This document shows positions 12,138-26,686 of a stretch of 48,646 nucleotides of DNA, piece by piece. Source of the DNA: Octopus sinensis (Eukaryota); contig NW_021835370.1 of NCBI RefSeq assembly GCF_006345805.1, positions 1 to 48,646 on the forward strand, given 5' to 3'. How positions within the stretch are numbered: position 1 is the first letter of the stretch; every line of letters starts with the position of its first letter. The translations under genes and the position numbers were made by a program. The notes below the pieces were generated by a model. That model worked only from the letters and a program-made list of their open reading frames with translations, was not told where the DNA came from and did no database searches.

Positions 12138-12421
12138 GAGTTGAAGCAGTTGTCAGCAACACACATTTACAGAACTGTCTCAATTTATCTTGAAAAGATT
12201 TAAATGAAAAAGGAAGAAAACCGTTTCACTGAAACTTATGCTGTCGTCTGTCGCCAACCAATTTTTGTTAAGCACTTCGTCAATCCTAATCAGAGATACG
12301 TTACGTCATAATCATTTCTCTTCTAAACATTCCATATTTCTGAAGTATAAAGGTATTCATAAACTCATGTGTGCTGGTCTTTATATTTTATAGATATTAA
12401 CTTTCTACCTGTGTTTTATAT

Positions 12422-12572
12422 TGGTTGTAGGGTTAAGAAATTCGCTTCTGAAATATGTGATTTCCGGTTCAGTGCCACTGAGCAGCACATTGGGAAAGAA
12501 TCGTTTGCAGTAGCCACGTGACCGACAAATGGCTTGTGAGTAAATTTGCTCGCTGGAAGCTGTGCGGAAACC
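12422..12572 (+). mobile_element. Old SINE family A-like 5' half
   Basis: ggttaagaaattcgctt...ccggttcagtgccactg...ttgggaaag...gaccgacaaatggcttgtgagtaaatttg...ggaagctg. Confidence 0.6.
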
Positions 12573-12574
12573 AG

Positions 12575-12626
<52 letters not shown>

Positions 12627-12627
<1 letters not shown>

Positions 12628-12720
12628 TACTTTTCTGCTCTAGGCACAAGGCTTGAAATTTTGGGGGAGGGTGCCAGTCGATTAGATCGACCCAGTACGC
12701 AACTGGTATTTAATTTATCG
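12627..12720 (-). mobile_element. SINE family B, 3' fragment
   Basis: ctaggcacaaggcttgaaattttggggg...ccagtcgattagatcgacccagtacgcaactggtatttaatttatcga. Confidence 0.8.
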
Positions 12721-12723
12721 AAT

Positions 12724-12754
<31 letters not shown>

Positions 12755-13635
12755 CATTATATATATATCATTATATATATAATGAAATATATATGTGGGG
12801 AGGGAAGTAGCCACCCCTACGTCATGTGACAAGCGATGTTTGTTTGTATATGATCCCGTAAAATAAAATGATAGAATAATTTCCAGTCTTATACTGAATA
12901 ATACAGTAGGGTCGATTCTCAGAAGGCGAGGTTCCAGTATACCTGCATTCCAATAACGAAAACAAGTCAGAATAAGTATTTAATTGTTTGTACTCTAAAA
13001 CAAAAGAAGAAAACAACGGAATCTTTTTTCTACTAAAGCAGAGATTTCCAAGCTCAATATTCTACAGTTTTTTTGCTGTAAATGGATGTTCGACGTGTAA
13101 CAAATCTTAAATTTTCATAAAGCGATTGACTTTATTATTCTGTATTTACGCAAGAGTTTAACATTATGTCTAATGTAAAGTACGCTGATAACAAAGTCAT
13201 TAAAACATTGAAACACTGGAAGCTCCTATGAACTTCAAATCTAACCGAGGTCAACATTTCCTTTTAACCTTTCGTTATCGATAAAAATAAAGACACCAAT
13301 CCAGACCAATGAATTGCTAGAAAGTTTAGAATATTAGAGATGCCTTGCGGTATTTATTCTGTTCATATACTGTTCTGACAATAATCCCTATGAGGTGACA
13401 TGTGCCAAGGTGTATTTGCCCAAGTCAGTTCCCTTTGTTTTTAATAAACATTGAGGGCGTAAACAGGAGCAATGCCATCAGTTTGACTTTCATACACGTA
13501 CAAGCACAAGTACATGACCAGCATTGACCGATGAAAACCCTTGGTATACACACGTGTGTTTATCTGTGTAATAAGCATACTTATATATGTATATGTGTGC
13601 CTATATATGTGTGTGTGTATATGCATGTATGTATA

Positions 13636-13868
13636 GGCGGCGAGCTGGCAGAAACGTTAGCGTGTCGGGCAAAATGCTTAGCGGTATTTCGTCTGTTGTT
13701 ACGTTGTGAGTTCAAATTCCGCCGAGGTCGACTTTGCCTTTCATCCTTTCGGGGTCGATAAATAGAGCACCAGTTTCGCACTGGGGTCGATGTAATCGAC
13801 TTAATCCCTTTGTCTGTCCCCTTGTTTGTCCCCTCTATGTTTAGCCCCTTGTGGGCAGTAAAGAAATA
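13636..13868 (+). mobile_element. SINE family B, monomer
   Basis: High-identity match to the first unit of 7503-7730. Confidence 0.92.
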
Positions 13869-14689
13869 TGTATGTATGCATTTATGAATTTATATATGTG
13901 CACATTTCTGTATGTATACATTTAGGCATGTATGTTTTTAAGGGCGTTTGCCCTATCCCCATCCATCACATGAGGGCTGAATATTTATACTCAACCCTTA
14001 AAGAATTTATCATCCCGAATCTATGGTAGAGGACATTTTCCCAAGATGTCACTCACGTTGGGACTGAACCAGAAAACAGGTGCTTGTACTGCGACCCTTT
14101 TTTTAAATAACATCTCTGGTAGGAGACAATACTGGAGTTTGATAAATTAAGAAAGTAAACACCACACCATCAATTCCGTTATCCTCGATTATGTCTTTTG
14201 TTCTCGCTCTCTCTCTTCTTCTTCTTCTTCTCTCTCTCTCTCACTCTTATTCTTTCTCCCACTTTTTCTCTTTCCCTCTCCCACTCTCCCTCTCTCCTCT
14301 TATTTCTTTCTCTTTCCCCAAAATATCAATATATATAAGATTTCAACTGAGAATGCTAAAGATTTGCCGAAATCTACATATACACTTGCGTCAGAAATTA
14401 ATTAGCACTTCTCAAATTTCTACATTAAATAGGTTAAATCAATTAACCTATGAGCTGTTCAAAACGTCTTACGCGATGAGAAAACTTAGTATGGTGTGAT
14501 TTCGGTCCTTGCGAGGCGCTACCTATATCTATTAAACAAAGGAAGATTTGTCTGCATCCGCACTCCAAGTTGTTGTTGCACTGCTATGTCAACATCATAA
14601 GGCTGTAGACTCTCAAACTGCTCTGCAAACAAAGTTACGTCATCGTTCTGCGCAACAGTGAACTCGCAACAAAGCAATAGTTCGAGATA

Positions 14690-14709
14690 TGGCCACTAGG
14701 TGACAGCAC
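14690..14709 (+). promoter_or_regulatory. CTCF-like motif (one core mismatch)
   Basis: tggccactaggtgacagcac versus the CCACYAGRKGGCRS consensus; mismatch at the GGC core. Motif similarity only. Confidence 0.2.
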
Positions 14710-15629
14710 ATACCTTGAGTGAAGAGCAAATCAAGGGTGCTAATTAATTTCTGACGGTAGTGTATATGAACGCATCAAATATACCATACAACAGCAGCAG
14801 CAGCAGTAGCAGTAGTAGTAGTAGTAGTAGTAGTAGTGCTGCTGCTGCTGCTGCGCTGCTGCTGCTGCTGCTGCTGCTGGTGATGGCGGTGGTTCTCTCT
14901 TGCTGGGTAAACCTATGGTCGACAACATTCCAGCTGTGAGAGCCTGGAGTCAAACGCTCGTATATCGTATCTACAATCTGATATTAGGTCTTTTAATTCT
15001 TAAAGACAAGCGTGCATGATTACAGGAAAAATTTTGCCGCTGCATATTACAAGTTGAGAAGCCATAGAAAAGAATCGTTAGTGTGCTATCAAAGAAAAAA
15101 CATTTTGTGCGTTCGTTGAATATCGTGATGAACAGTTTACAATTACGGGCAATTATGAGAGGAAATTTGAACTTGCGTCAGCTGATTTGGTTTTAATTGC
15201 AGGTTCAAAACCTCGACTCTTGTTTTGATGTGACTCTGTTTTACGTGTCATTATTGAAATACGGAAAGCAATTGCTTCCGCAATGAGAAAAGAGCTCAAC
15301 ATAATTTCATTATCTTGCGGATAATATAGTTACGTCTCTTTACATTCCGTGTTCAGTTCCCGGATTTTGCCTTTTATTTTTTCTCATCGGTAAATTAAGT
15401 ACATGTATAATACGAGACTTGGCTTTGCTAATATTCCTTTACCTACAGGATTCTACCAAAGTTATTGAAACGGAAGAACGTCGGGATAAATTATTTGTTT
15501 ATTTTTCACAGCCGTGAAACTATTCCTTTTACTCAAACCCGTTTGAGTCAATGAGGGTGCTTCCACGAGGTTACATAAGTTACTAAAAACAACAGTCGAC
15601 TCCCTTTCAAATCATATCTTATTATTTTT

Positions 15630-16030
15630 ATATTATGGCCGAGTTCCAATCCGGGCCGCAGCAACAAAGTCCACCCGACACACTTCTCAGTCCATCATTA
15701 CAACCTCGAGGTCCTGAATATATTCCGGGCCAGCGTCTGTCGATGTCAGTGTGGCGATGTTTTCCTCGTCTCGCGCCACCATAGACTGAATTCAACAAGA
15801 ATAATTTGGGTACTTCCTGTTGAGGATGGTGCACGCAGTGACCAGATAGTCGCAGCCGTCTTTGCCTGATCTTCTCGCTAACTTCGGCAGCTTTCCATAA
15901 AGGCATTCATTTATCATATGTTGCTACCATTCCACATTTAGACTCCCTTGTGTAGCATCGATCGTTGCAAAATGTTAAAGATACTTCGAGAATATGGCTT
16001 TCTAGAAGTAGTTCTTGCCATTACAAAGAC
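15630..16030 (-). pseudogene. RTE-group LINE ORF2 C-terminal fragment
   Basis: With frameshifts: DRCYTR..LNVEW*QHMINECLYGKLPK/SEKIRQRRLRLSGHCVHHPQQEVPKLFL...GARRGKHRHTDID/DAGPEYIQDLEVVMMD*EVCR...ARIGTRP*, the typical post-RT tail of RTE/RTEX-like elements. Confidence 0.75.
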
Positions 16031-16069
16031 CTACGAGAAGCTCAGAGCTCGCGTGTTGTAATCTGATGG

Positions 16070-16836
16070 AGAAACAACAGGAGGACTCCACCCAGTGACA
16101 GACGTAATAAGATAATACCTACCTAGAAAGGAAGGAGGAAGAAGATTAATATCGGTAGAAGACTGCGTAGAGTTAGATAGAGTATATATCGACTCCTACG
16201 TAGGTAATAGTGAAGGAAGTTTATTAAGACATAGGAAACCAAAATCGCAAACGAAGTGAAAAACCAGAAAAAAGAAATGAAATTATCTGACTGGCAGAAG
16301 GCATTGCATGGTCGATTTCCAAAGATAGTTGCAGCAAATACTAGTAGTGAGACATGGTTATCACTGCAGAAAGGAAAACTGAAAATGGAGACAGAGTTTG
16401 TTAGTACAAGATGTTAGTACAAGATCAAGCATTAAGGACTAATTGGATAACTGCCAAGATAGACAAAAACCACGTAGATTCCCAATGTAGATTAAGCAAA
16501 TCACAAGAGGAAAGCGTTACTCATAGAGTAAATGAATGTAGCATGTTGGCACAGAAAAAATACAAGAAAAGACATGAGAATCTAGGGAGAGCAATCCACT
16601 GAGAGCTTTGTAGAAAGCTGTGATTTGGACATGCTGATAAACGGTATGAACATGAACATAGTAATGTACTAGAAAGTAAGAAATATAAGATGTTGTGGTA
16701 CTTTAACATTCAGATTGACAGTGTTATTAGGGACAGCTAGGATACTTAGGAGGGTTCTTGGCATCTAAGGTTACTTCTTGTAGCCCGATGTTTGGACGTT
16801 TTCTATTCCAACAGTCTAATCTGTTGTGTGTATGAC

Positions 16837-16905
<69 letters not shown>

Positions 16906-16906
16906 T
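16070..16906 (+). pseudogene. R4/Dong-clade (RLE-type) non-LTR retrotransposon, 5'-truncated, (TAA)n tail
   Basis: GGLHPVTDVIR*YLPRKEGGRRLISVEDCVEL; ALHGRF; QDQALRTNWITAKIDK; CCHC-like CRLSKSQEESVTHRVNEC; AQKKYKKRH; KMLWYFNIQIDSVI joined to GTARILRRVLGI*; short 3' UTR and (AAT)n at 16838-16906. Confidence 0.88.
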
Positions 16907-17917
16907 TAACTACCACAGCACTATATTATCACATGGTTCAAAGTCTGATCGAATAGAGTTGAACTGGGGATCGATTCTAACCAAAACAAATCCCATCTAT
17001 TCATGAACGGTAATGTAAAAACGAAAACAGTACAGAGAGGAAACAGACTAAGAAATAAAAAAGAAAAAAAACTGGAAATTTCTTCTACGAATATATATAC
17101 ATACATATATGTGTGTGCGTTTGTGTATGTATATGTGTTTCTGTGTGTGCGCGCACGCGCATTCACACACATGTATGAATGCATGGGTGAATATTTGTAT
17201 GCACGTATCTGATGTATGTACGCATGTATACATGTAAATGTGTTTCTGTATAATTATATATATATATATATATATATATGCAAGGATGTATATATGTGGG
17301 CAAGAGTAGTATTTCTTTATTTTTTGTTCTTCTTTTCGTTTCTTTTTTTTCTTTTATTCTTTTCCTTTTTTTTTCTCTCACAAATATTCGTTTTGGGATG
17401 GGAGGTGAGAAATTGGCGCCTTCGACTTAATTTATTTCCCCCAAATAAATTACATTACTCCAACTAATAATGAGACGAACGTAGGAAAAGTAATTCTTGT
17501 GCAAAAGAAGAAAGATAGAAAGGAAGAAAGACAGAAAGAAAAACAATATAACGATAAAGAGAAGAAAATTGAAGAAAAGGGCCAACAAAAAATAACGAGG
17601 AAACGAAGAAGTGAAAGGAAATCATTTTACTTCCTCCTTTAGTCATTTTAATCATTATTATTACTATCATTATTGTTGCTGTTGTTGTTATCAACATTCT
17701 CATCATCATCATCATAGATTGACGAAGAATTCATATCAATTTACACATAGCACTACTGTTTAGTACATATTTAGTAAGTTATTTTTGTTGTTGTTGTTGT
17801 TGATGTTATCGTTTAGCCCAAGGCTAGCCCTGAGCGAAGGAGAAAAACCTGTGAGTAAAGGTTTGGCAAACGTTGCATTCTGCTCTGCTTGTGCTTGAGT
17901 GAGTCAGTGTGTGAGCA

Positions 17918-17955
<38 letters not shown>

Positions 17956-18899
17956 TTTGTGTGTGTGTGTGTGTGTGTTCGCACACGTACCATCATGTGT
18001 GGGTGCTATTGCGTCCACTCCTTGACTGAAAAAGAATCAACAAGGTACAGATCAAGTCATACCCTATAAAAAATAAAATGATGAACGGCAACATCAATAC
18101 CTAGTTGCAACTGACGTTGACAAATGTGTCCGAGAGTCTGCAACAGATGTTTAATGTTGGAGAACCGGTAAATTTTAGAGAAGCAGTCAGAGAGGTGTTT
18201 TTTTTTTTGGGAAATGATTAAACGGATGAGAGAAAGAAGAAGTAAGGACAATGATTGACCAGGGAAAGAATATGAAGGAGCAGAAGATTTAAGCTAGATT
18301 TAAGAGAAATAAAGAGTGAAAAAGTGTTGTAGAACAATATCAATTGTTGGATCACAAAGGAAAAAGAATCAGTAGAACAGAAAGAAGACCAGATTTGAAA
18401 AGAAAGGAGATGAAGCATACGGAAGAAGCTGTAATGAAGAAATTGCAAAATCTTTAAAGAACTCGTCGTGTATCGAGTATCACTAAATATGCTATTAAAA
18501 AAACCAAGAATACGAAACGGCATTTGGCAGCTGAAGAACAGTTTAGCCGTTGGGTGGGACATTCTCATAGGATCACTGACCCAAACACTTCCAGCTGCGC
18601 TGCTCAAAGCTGAGAGCAAACCACATGAACCACATTAGTTATAGAAGGGAGTAACGTGGGAAAAGTTAATGCAAGTATAAAGGAACAGAAAAACAGAAAT
18701 TTTCTGGTCTCGATCAGATCTTAGCTGAGTTGTTAAAGCACAGAACCGAAGTACGGAAGTCATCACTGATATGAAATGATGAGCAATTGCCAGAAACAAC
18801 GGCATGTCCTAGAAAACTAGCTGTCAAATGTGGTAAGCAAACTATCCAATAAAGAAGAGTTGCTTAGCGGTAGTGTAATTAATTACTTTCAGAAATTAG

Positions 18900-20276
<1,377 letters not shown>

Positions 20277-21734
20277 GGCACAAGTACAAACGCAACTATA
20301 CGCATATATATATATTCATACATACATACATACATTCATACATAGAAATATATTCTATTTTAGATAAGAACAATGCTTCAAAGAAAGGAGTAGTGTTACC
20401 TGCACAACTGGAAAACTAATTTATGTAATAGTTTGTTTAGGATTAGAGAAAACTAGACTGGACAAATAATTATGACCATAAGAAAATTCATATTACATCT
20501 ACAGCAAATATGATTTCCCATGTATAGACAAATAACTTTTAAGGAATATATGGTTACATATTCTAGGAATCTCCAACCGCATTTATAACTTTTCCTTTGT
20601 GTTGATGTAGTAACGGACCATTTAAATAACAGTAGATAAATATAGAAACGGAATCAATGGAAGACGTATCCTACGCGTTTAAATATAGATATTTAATTGT
20701 ATTTTAATTACATCTATATTTAATTTATTTCTATTAATTTCATTTTCATTTAATTAATTCCGTTTACATTTATATAGATAATTTGAATTAATAAAAGAAA
20801 ATGAACGTTCCATTTATTGCCTACCTTTCTATTATCTATAATAATCAATAACTAGCTCTTCTGTTGACATCAATATCATATTTTGTACATTAAGTTTTTA
20901 TCTTCAAACTTTCAGAGCATCCATTTTCTTCTCTATTTAAAATAACCACATACTGTCACCCTACGTACATACATATATGCATAAAGACTGACAGGCGCAG
21001 AGACAGACAGATAGGTACATAGATAGATATAGATATACATATATACATACACATATGCGTGTATATATAAATATATAAATATAAATAAATATACACACAT
21101 ACATACTTATATTCATGCATATCTACATTCAGGCATACATGTATACATACATAGATATTAGCTAGTTACTCCATGAACCGCATGTTTGCACGTGACAAAT
21201 TAAGGATTATCTATGTTGTTCCATATATGTATATACCTATATGCGTTAGCGTGTGGATAAAAGAGACAGACAAACAGACAGAAGCACAGACAGACACACA
21301 TACTGACACATAGGCACTTAGACTGACAGAAACAGAAAGTGTTTGTATATCTCTCTTTGCATGTACATGTGTATAGGTTAAGAAAGATAGAGGGAGCGAG
21401 AGGTAGATAGGTGAACGCGAAGATATCGAGCATAAAAGATGAAAGAGTGACAACGGTACATAAAAATAGATACGAGGTTAAATAACATTAAACACATACA
21501 GACATAATTGCCACAAATAAATTTTTTAAAATCACAAGACGACGACGGGTGGTTTCCTATGATATTCAACATCGTCACTGCTATTTTTTTTCTCTGGTGT
21601 ATTGTGGAAGACATTACTTATTTTTACCTATTTTTCTCTTTACGACGATTAACGAAGAACAGACTAAGGACGACATTTCAAGTTTTCAAAGATATCAGGA
21701 AATATTACCATCGACGCAACAATATACAGATTTG

Positions 21735-21766
<32 letters not shown>

Positions 21767-21770
21767 AATA

Positions 21771-22749
21771 TATATATGCATGTGCACTTAAAATTGTATA
21801 TATATGTATACATGTATATTTGTCCGCTTAAACACACACAAACACACATACATAAATGCATATATGTACGTACATGTATGTAAATATATAAATATACATA
21901 TATATACATGCATTCTTCTTTTAATGTGATATTTCCTGCAATATTTTATGACATCAAATACCGTCCGACTGCACAAATACAAACACACGCGCATAGACCC
22001 CACAATCACCACGCGCACACTCTTACTGACTAATACAAGCGTACATATGTGTGTGCATGTGTGTGTTTGCATGTGTTTGTATTTCTGTGTACGAGAGTAT
22101 GTCGTCATGTATGTAAATAAGTGTGTGCTTTACATACACCCACATATATCTCAATGTGTATTACATATTACGTATTTACAGGATATATATACATATATAT
22201 ATATATGTATATATACACACGCATAAACACACAAAAAATATATTTCCATATATATATATATTATATATATATATATATATAATATGCATGTGCACTTAAA
22301 ATTGTATATATATGTATACATGTATATTTGTCCGCTTAAACACACACAAACACACATACATAAATGCATATATGTACGTACATGTATGTAAATATATAAA
22401 TATACATATATATACATGCATTCTTCTTTTAATGTGATATTTCCTGCAATATTTTATGACATCAAATACCGTCCGACTGCACAAATACAACCACACGCGC
22501 ATAGACCCCAATCACACGCGCGCACACTCTTACTGACTAATACAAGCGTACAATATGTGTGTGCATGTTGTGTTTGCATGTGTTTGTATTTCTGTGTACG
22601 AGAGTATGTCGTCATGTATGTAAATAAGTGTGTGCTTTACATACACCCACATATATCTCAATGTGTATTACATATTACGTATTTACAGGATATATATACA
22701 TATATATATATGTAATATACACACGCATAAACACACAAAAAATATATTT

Positions 22750-22790
<41 letters not shown>
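21771..22790. repeat. Tandem duplication, two ~508-bp units bounded by (TA)n
   Basis: tgcatgtgcacttaaaattg...aatatatttccat occurs at 21777 and 22285; units differ by small indels. Confidence 0.95.
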
Positions 22791-22793
<3 letters not shown>

Positions 22794-22799
22794 TGTGTA

Positions 22800-23375
22800 A
22801 TACATATATGCATGTATATAGATCAATATAGATAGATATGCTCACCTAGCGAATACAGACATAGACGCACGAACATACACACACATATACATACATACAT
22901 AGATACACACATACAACATACATACATATTTACATACATATACACATACTTACTTATATACATACTTGCATGCATGCAGACATACATACATAAGCATACG
23001 CACACACATGTGCACACATACACATGCAAACACACATACATAGATACACACATACATATACATTTTTGCATGCATACATACATACATACATATATTTCTA
23101 CATACATACATGCATACATACAGACATACATATATATATATACATACTTGCATGCAGACATAACACACACACGCACACACATGTGCGCATGTACACATAC
23201 AAACATATATACATGCATAGATACGCACATGCATATATACATATTTGCATGCATACATACACACACGCACACACATGTACACCTGTACACATACATACAT
23301 ACATAAATACATACATACATACATAGATACATACATACATACGTACATACATAAATACATACATACTTAAATACA

Positions 23376-23409
<34 letters not shown>

Positions 23410-23630
23410 CATAAATACATACATACATACATACATGCATACATACATACATACATACATACATACATACATACATACATACATACATACATACATACAT
23501 ACATACACACACACATACATACATACATACATACATACATACATACATACATACATACATACATACATACATACAAACATACATACTTACATACATACAT
23601 GCATGCATACATACATACGTACATAAACAA
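22800..23630. repeat. (TACA)n / (CA)n degenerate microsatellite field
   Basis: Direct; source of the 261-aa MYVC pseudo-ORF. Confidence 0.92.
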
Positions 23631-24743
23631 TGTGAGTGCTTTGAATTTTCATTTCATTCTAACACATTTCCGAAACATTTTGAAAATAATCTTAGCTTCC
23701 AGCAAAACCTTTGTGTTTTCTTTTTAGCTTGTATGCCATTTCGAAGACGCTTTTCAGTTCTTATGTTTATATATTTCTATAAGTTACATATCTGCACTTT
23801 CCGATTAGATTTATTGTACGCATTTCGCAATAGATTTGCTTTGCATATATTTGACTGTCTCCGACTACATGCTCACTTCACATCTGTGTGTGTAAGCGAA
23901 CGTATGAGTGTGTGGTATGTGTGTGTGTGCGTATGTGTCTGTCTGTGTATGTACGTTTGTGTTTGAATATATATACAGCTACATTTCCCCATATATATGC
24001 ATGTATATATATATATATACAAATATGGGAGAGTGTTTATGTTGTGTATATTTATATATATATATATATATATAATATATATAATATATATAATATATAT
24101 ATATATATACATATGTATTATATACATACATGTATTTGTAGACATACACCCATATATATATAAACATGTATACATATATTGGAGGTTGTGTGTGGTTGTC
24201 TGTGATTTTGTGTGTGTATTATGAGAGCATGAGTTACTGAGATACTTTACATGTTTGTGAGTGAGTGTGTACGTGTGTGTGTATGTGTGTGTATGTGTGT
24301 GTGCGCGTGTGTGTGTGTGTGTGTCTGAACACGTATACATGTGATACATACGCACCTACCTGGACATGCACACAAACAAACGTCGATTTTTTTATTCCTT
24401 TATTCTTTTTCTTTTTATTTAAGTTTCAATCAATAAATGCGGCCATGTTAGGTCACCTTAAACGTTTTATTTGATCCTATCTTACCAGAACTTTTTGGAG
24501 TTTTGTCCAATGTTCATTGATCCTGCTTCTGAAGGACTATGTTACGTGGCATAAAGGCAGTGCAACTTAAAACAGAAAACGACTCCCGTACAAATGCACA
24601 AGAAAACACACAAATACACAAACATGCATTCGCTTTCACATACAAACATAGAGGAGACACATTCTGCTTCGTCATTCAGATTCCATGATGACGAAATACC
24701 TCCGATACACTGGAAATCAACGCTTGCTTCCAAAGAATCGGAA

Positions 24744-24967
24744 TACGAGGTGGTGCTGAAACGTTCCGGGTCTGAAGGGTTTCACGAAAGTCCTGATTGG
24801 ATTGCCCACCTTCCGAGTTCTTTAACAGGGCTTAGAAAAACTGAAGGATTGCTGTAATAAATGTGTGAATCTGAGAAGGGAATATGTTGAATAAGATCAT
24901 AATTAACTGATCTTCCTGTATTTTCTTTTACCCAAAAGCCTGGAAATTTTGAGCAACCCCCATTCGT
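24744..24967 (+). mobile_element. Mariner-derived MITE
   Basis: Imperfect TIRs ta|cgaggtggtgctgaaacgttcc and ggaaattttgagcaacccccattcgt; the interior retains a mariner transposase C-terminus (EKLKDCCNKCVNLRREYVE*). Confidence 0.8.
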
Positions 24968-25291
24968 CATACTACACAGATGAGAAATATTCGAAAGGGG
25001 CCTATTGTATCGTCGCAGAGTGGCGTTAATCTATACTACCACGAAGAAAATTCTGCTCATTGTGTTTCCAACATGTCCAACAATTAACTTCGGCTGGTCT
25101 TCGACTTTAATGAAAGGAGGGCAGATTGAGTTGATTGAGATGTTCCAAACTTGTGGTTTTATAGCATGGACTACTCCATCTTGCTCTGAGATTCACAGCA
25201 ACTTTACCCGATGTCACCTTCCCGAATTTTGAAACTTGACGTTTCTTTTTCTTCCATTGAGTTCACCTGAAATGCAGTCTTCACCTGCATG

Positions 25292-25612
25292 TGAAGGCGT
25301 GTGGCTTGGGAGACAGTGTATTCACGACCACAGGGTCGTGAGTTCGTTTTCTGGTGGTGCTTTGTGTCCTTGAGCAAGACTTTTGATCACATTGCTCCAA
25401 TCAACTCAGCAGGTAAAAATGAGTTGTACCTGTAATTCAAAGGACCAAGCTTGTCATATTCTGTGTCACGCTGAATCTCTCAGAGAACTACATTAAGGGT
25501 ACGCGTGACTGCGGAATGCTCAACCACTTGCACGCTAACTTCACGAGCAGACTGTTTCGTTGATCAGATCATCTGGGACTTATGCCGTCGTAACCGACGG
25601 AGGACCAGTTAC
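25292..25612 (+). mobile_element. tRNA-headed SINE with CORE-like middle and 3' module C
   Basis: gaaggcgtgtggc...gtgagttcg...tgtgtccttgagcaagac...cacattgctcca.tcaactcagc...aaaaatgagt, then tctgtgtcacgctgaatctc...gtcgtaaccgacggag. Confidence 0.8.
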
Positions 25613-25619
25613 TGTGATA

Positions 25620-26150
25620 AGCTCCTAAAGTACTCCACTTCAAATCGAAGACTAAACAGCCACTCTTAGAATTATCTAGGTGGATCCTCAATACCATTTC
25701 CCAGTAAATGGCACATTTCCACATTTGAAATGTTTGTGGCTTCACAAGTGACAAGTTCGAGCCAAGTAAGAATCACTGTCAGAAAAACTATCACTTATAC
25801 ATAATAACATTCTTTTAAACTATACACATTTCAAAGTTATCATTACCCTAACCGCATTTAATTTATTTTCTTGCCCTTTCTCCCTTCAAGAATTAAAAGT
25901 TCTACGTTGCCATATTCTTATCGTACCGTATAAATCTTAGGTTTTCACCAGATCTTTAATATTCTGAATTTTAATTTTATATTTAATCCACTCCCAAAAG
26001 AGACCTGTTCCCTATGTGAATAGTTCCCTGTGTTATTATTCTGTGCTATTATTGTGAAGTGTATCTATTACAGTAATACTGGCTTAACTCTTAAGTTTAA
26101 ACACGAACTTAAGTAGGCTTGCAGGTTTAATGGTGTATTAATATATGTAC
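25620..26150 (+). mobile_element. Possible Penelope-like 3' end
   Basis: AT-rich segment resembling the 3' UTR of cephalopod Penelope elements as I recall it (gacctgttccctatgtgaatagttcc...aactcttaagttt); no clear protein motif. Confidence 0.35.
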
Positions 26151-26533
26151 GGTTGTCCACGCACATATATACATATGTATATTTGCGAACATATTTATGT
26201 ATATATGTGTATGCATATATGTATGTATATACATATATATGTGTATGTATATATACATACATATATATATATACACACATATATATATATGTATACACAC
26301 ACATATCAAACGAGAGAGCTTGTCTATTATGTATGCAGATATTTGCAGATATTTGTGTTTGCATGTATTATGTATGTATGTATGTATGTATGTATGTATG
26401 TATGTATGTATGAATGAATATGCGTAAATATATGTGTGTGCCCGCGCATGTGAGCCTGTGTCTACATACTTACATACATGCATATATATATACACATTCA
26501 TGTAAAAATCTTCTTTCTCCCTTTTCTTTCTCA

Positions 26534-26570
<37 letters not shown>

Positions 26571-26630
26571 TCTCTCTCTCTCTTACTCTCGTTCCAGTAT
26601 ATATACATATATATATATATATATAATATA

Positions 26631-26686
<56 letters not shown>

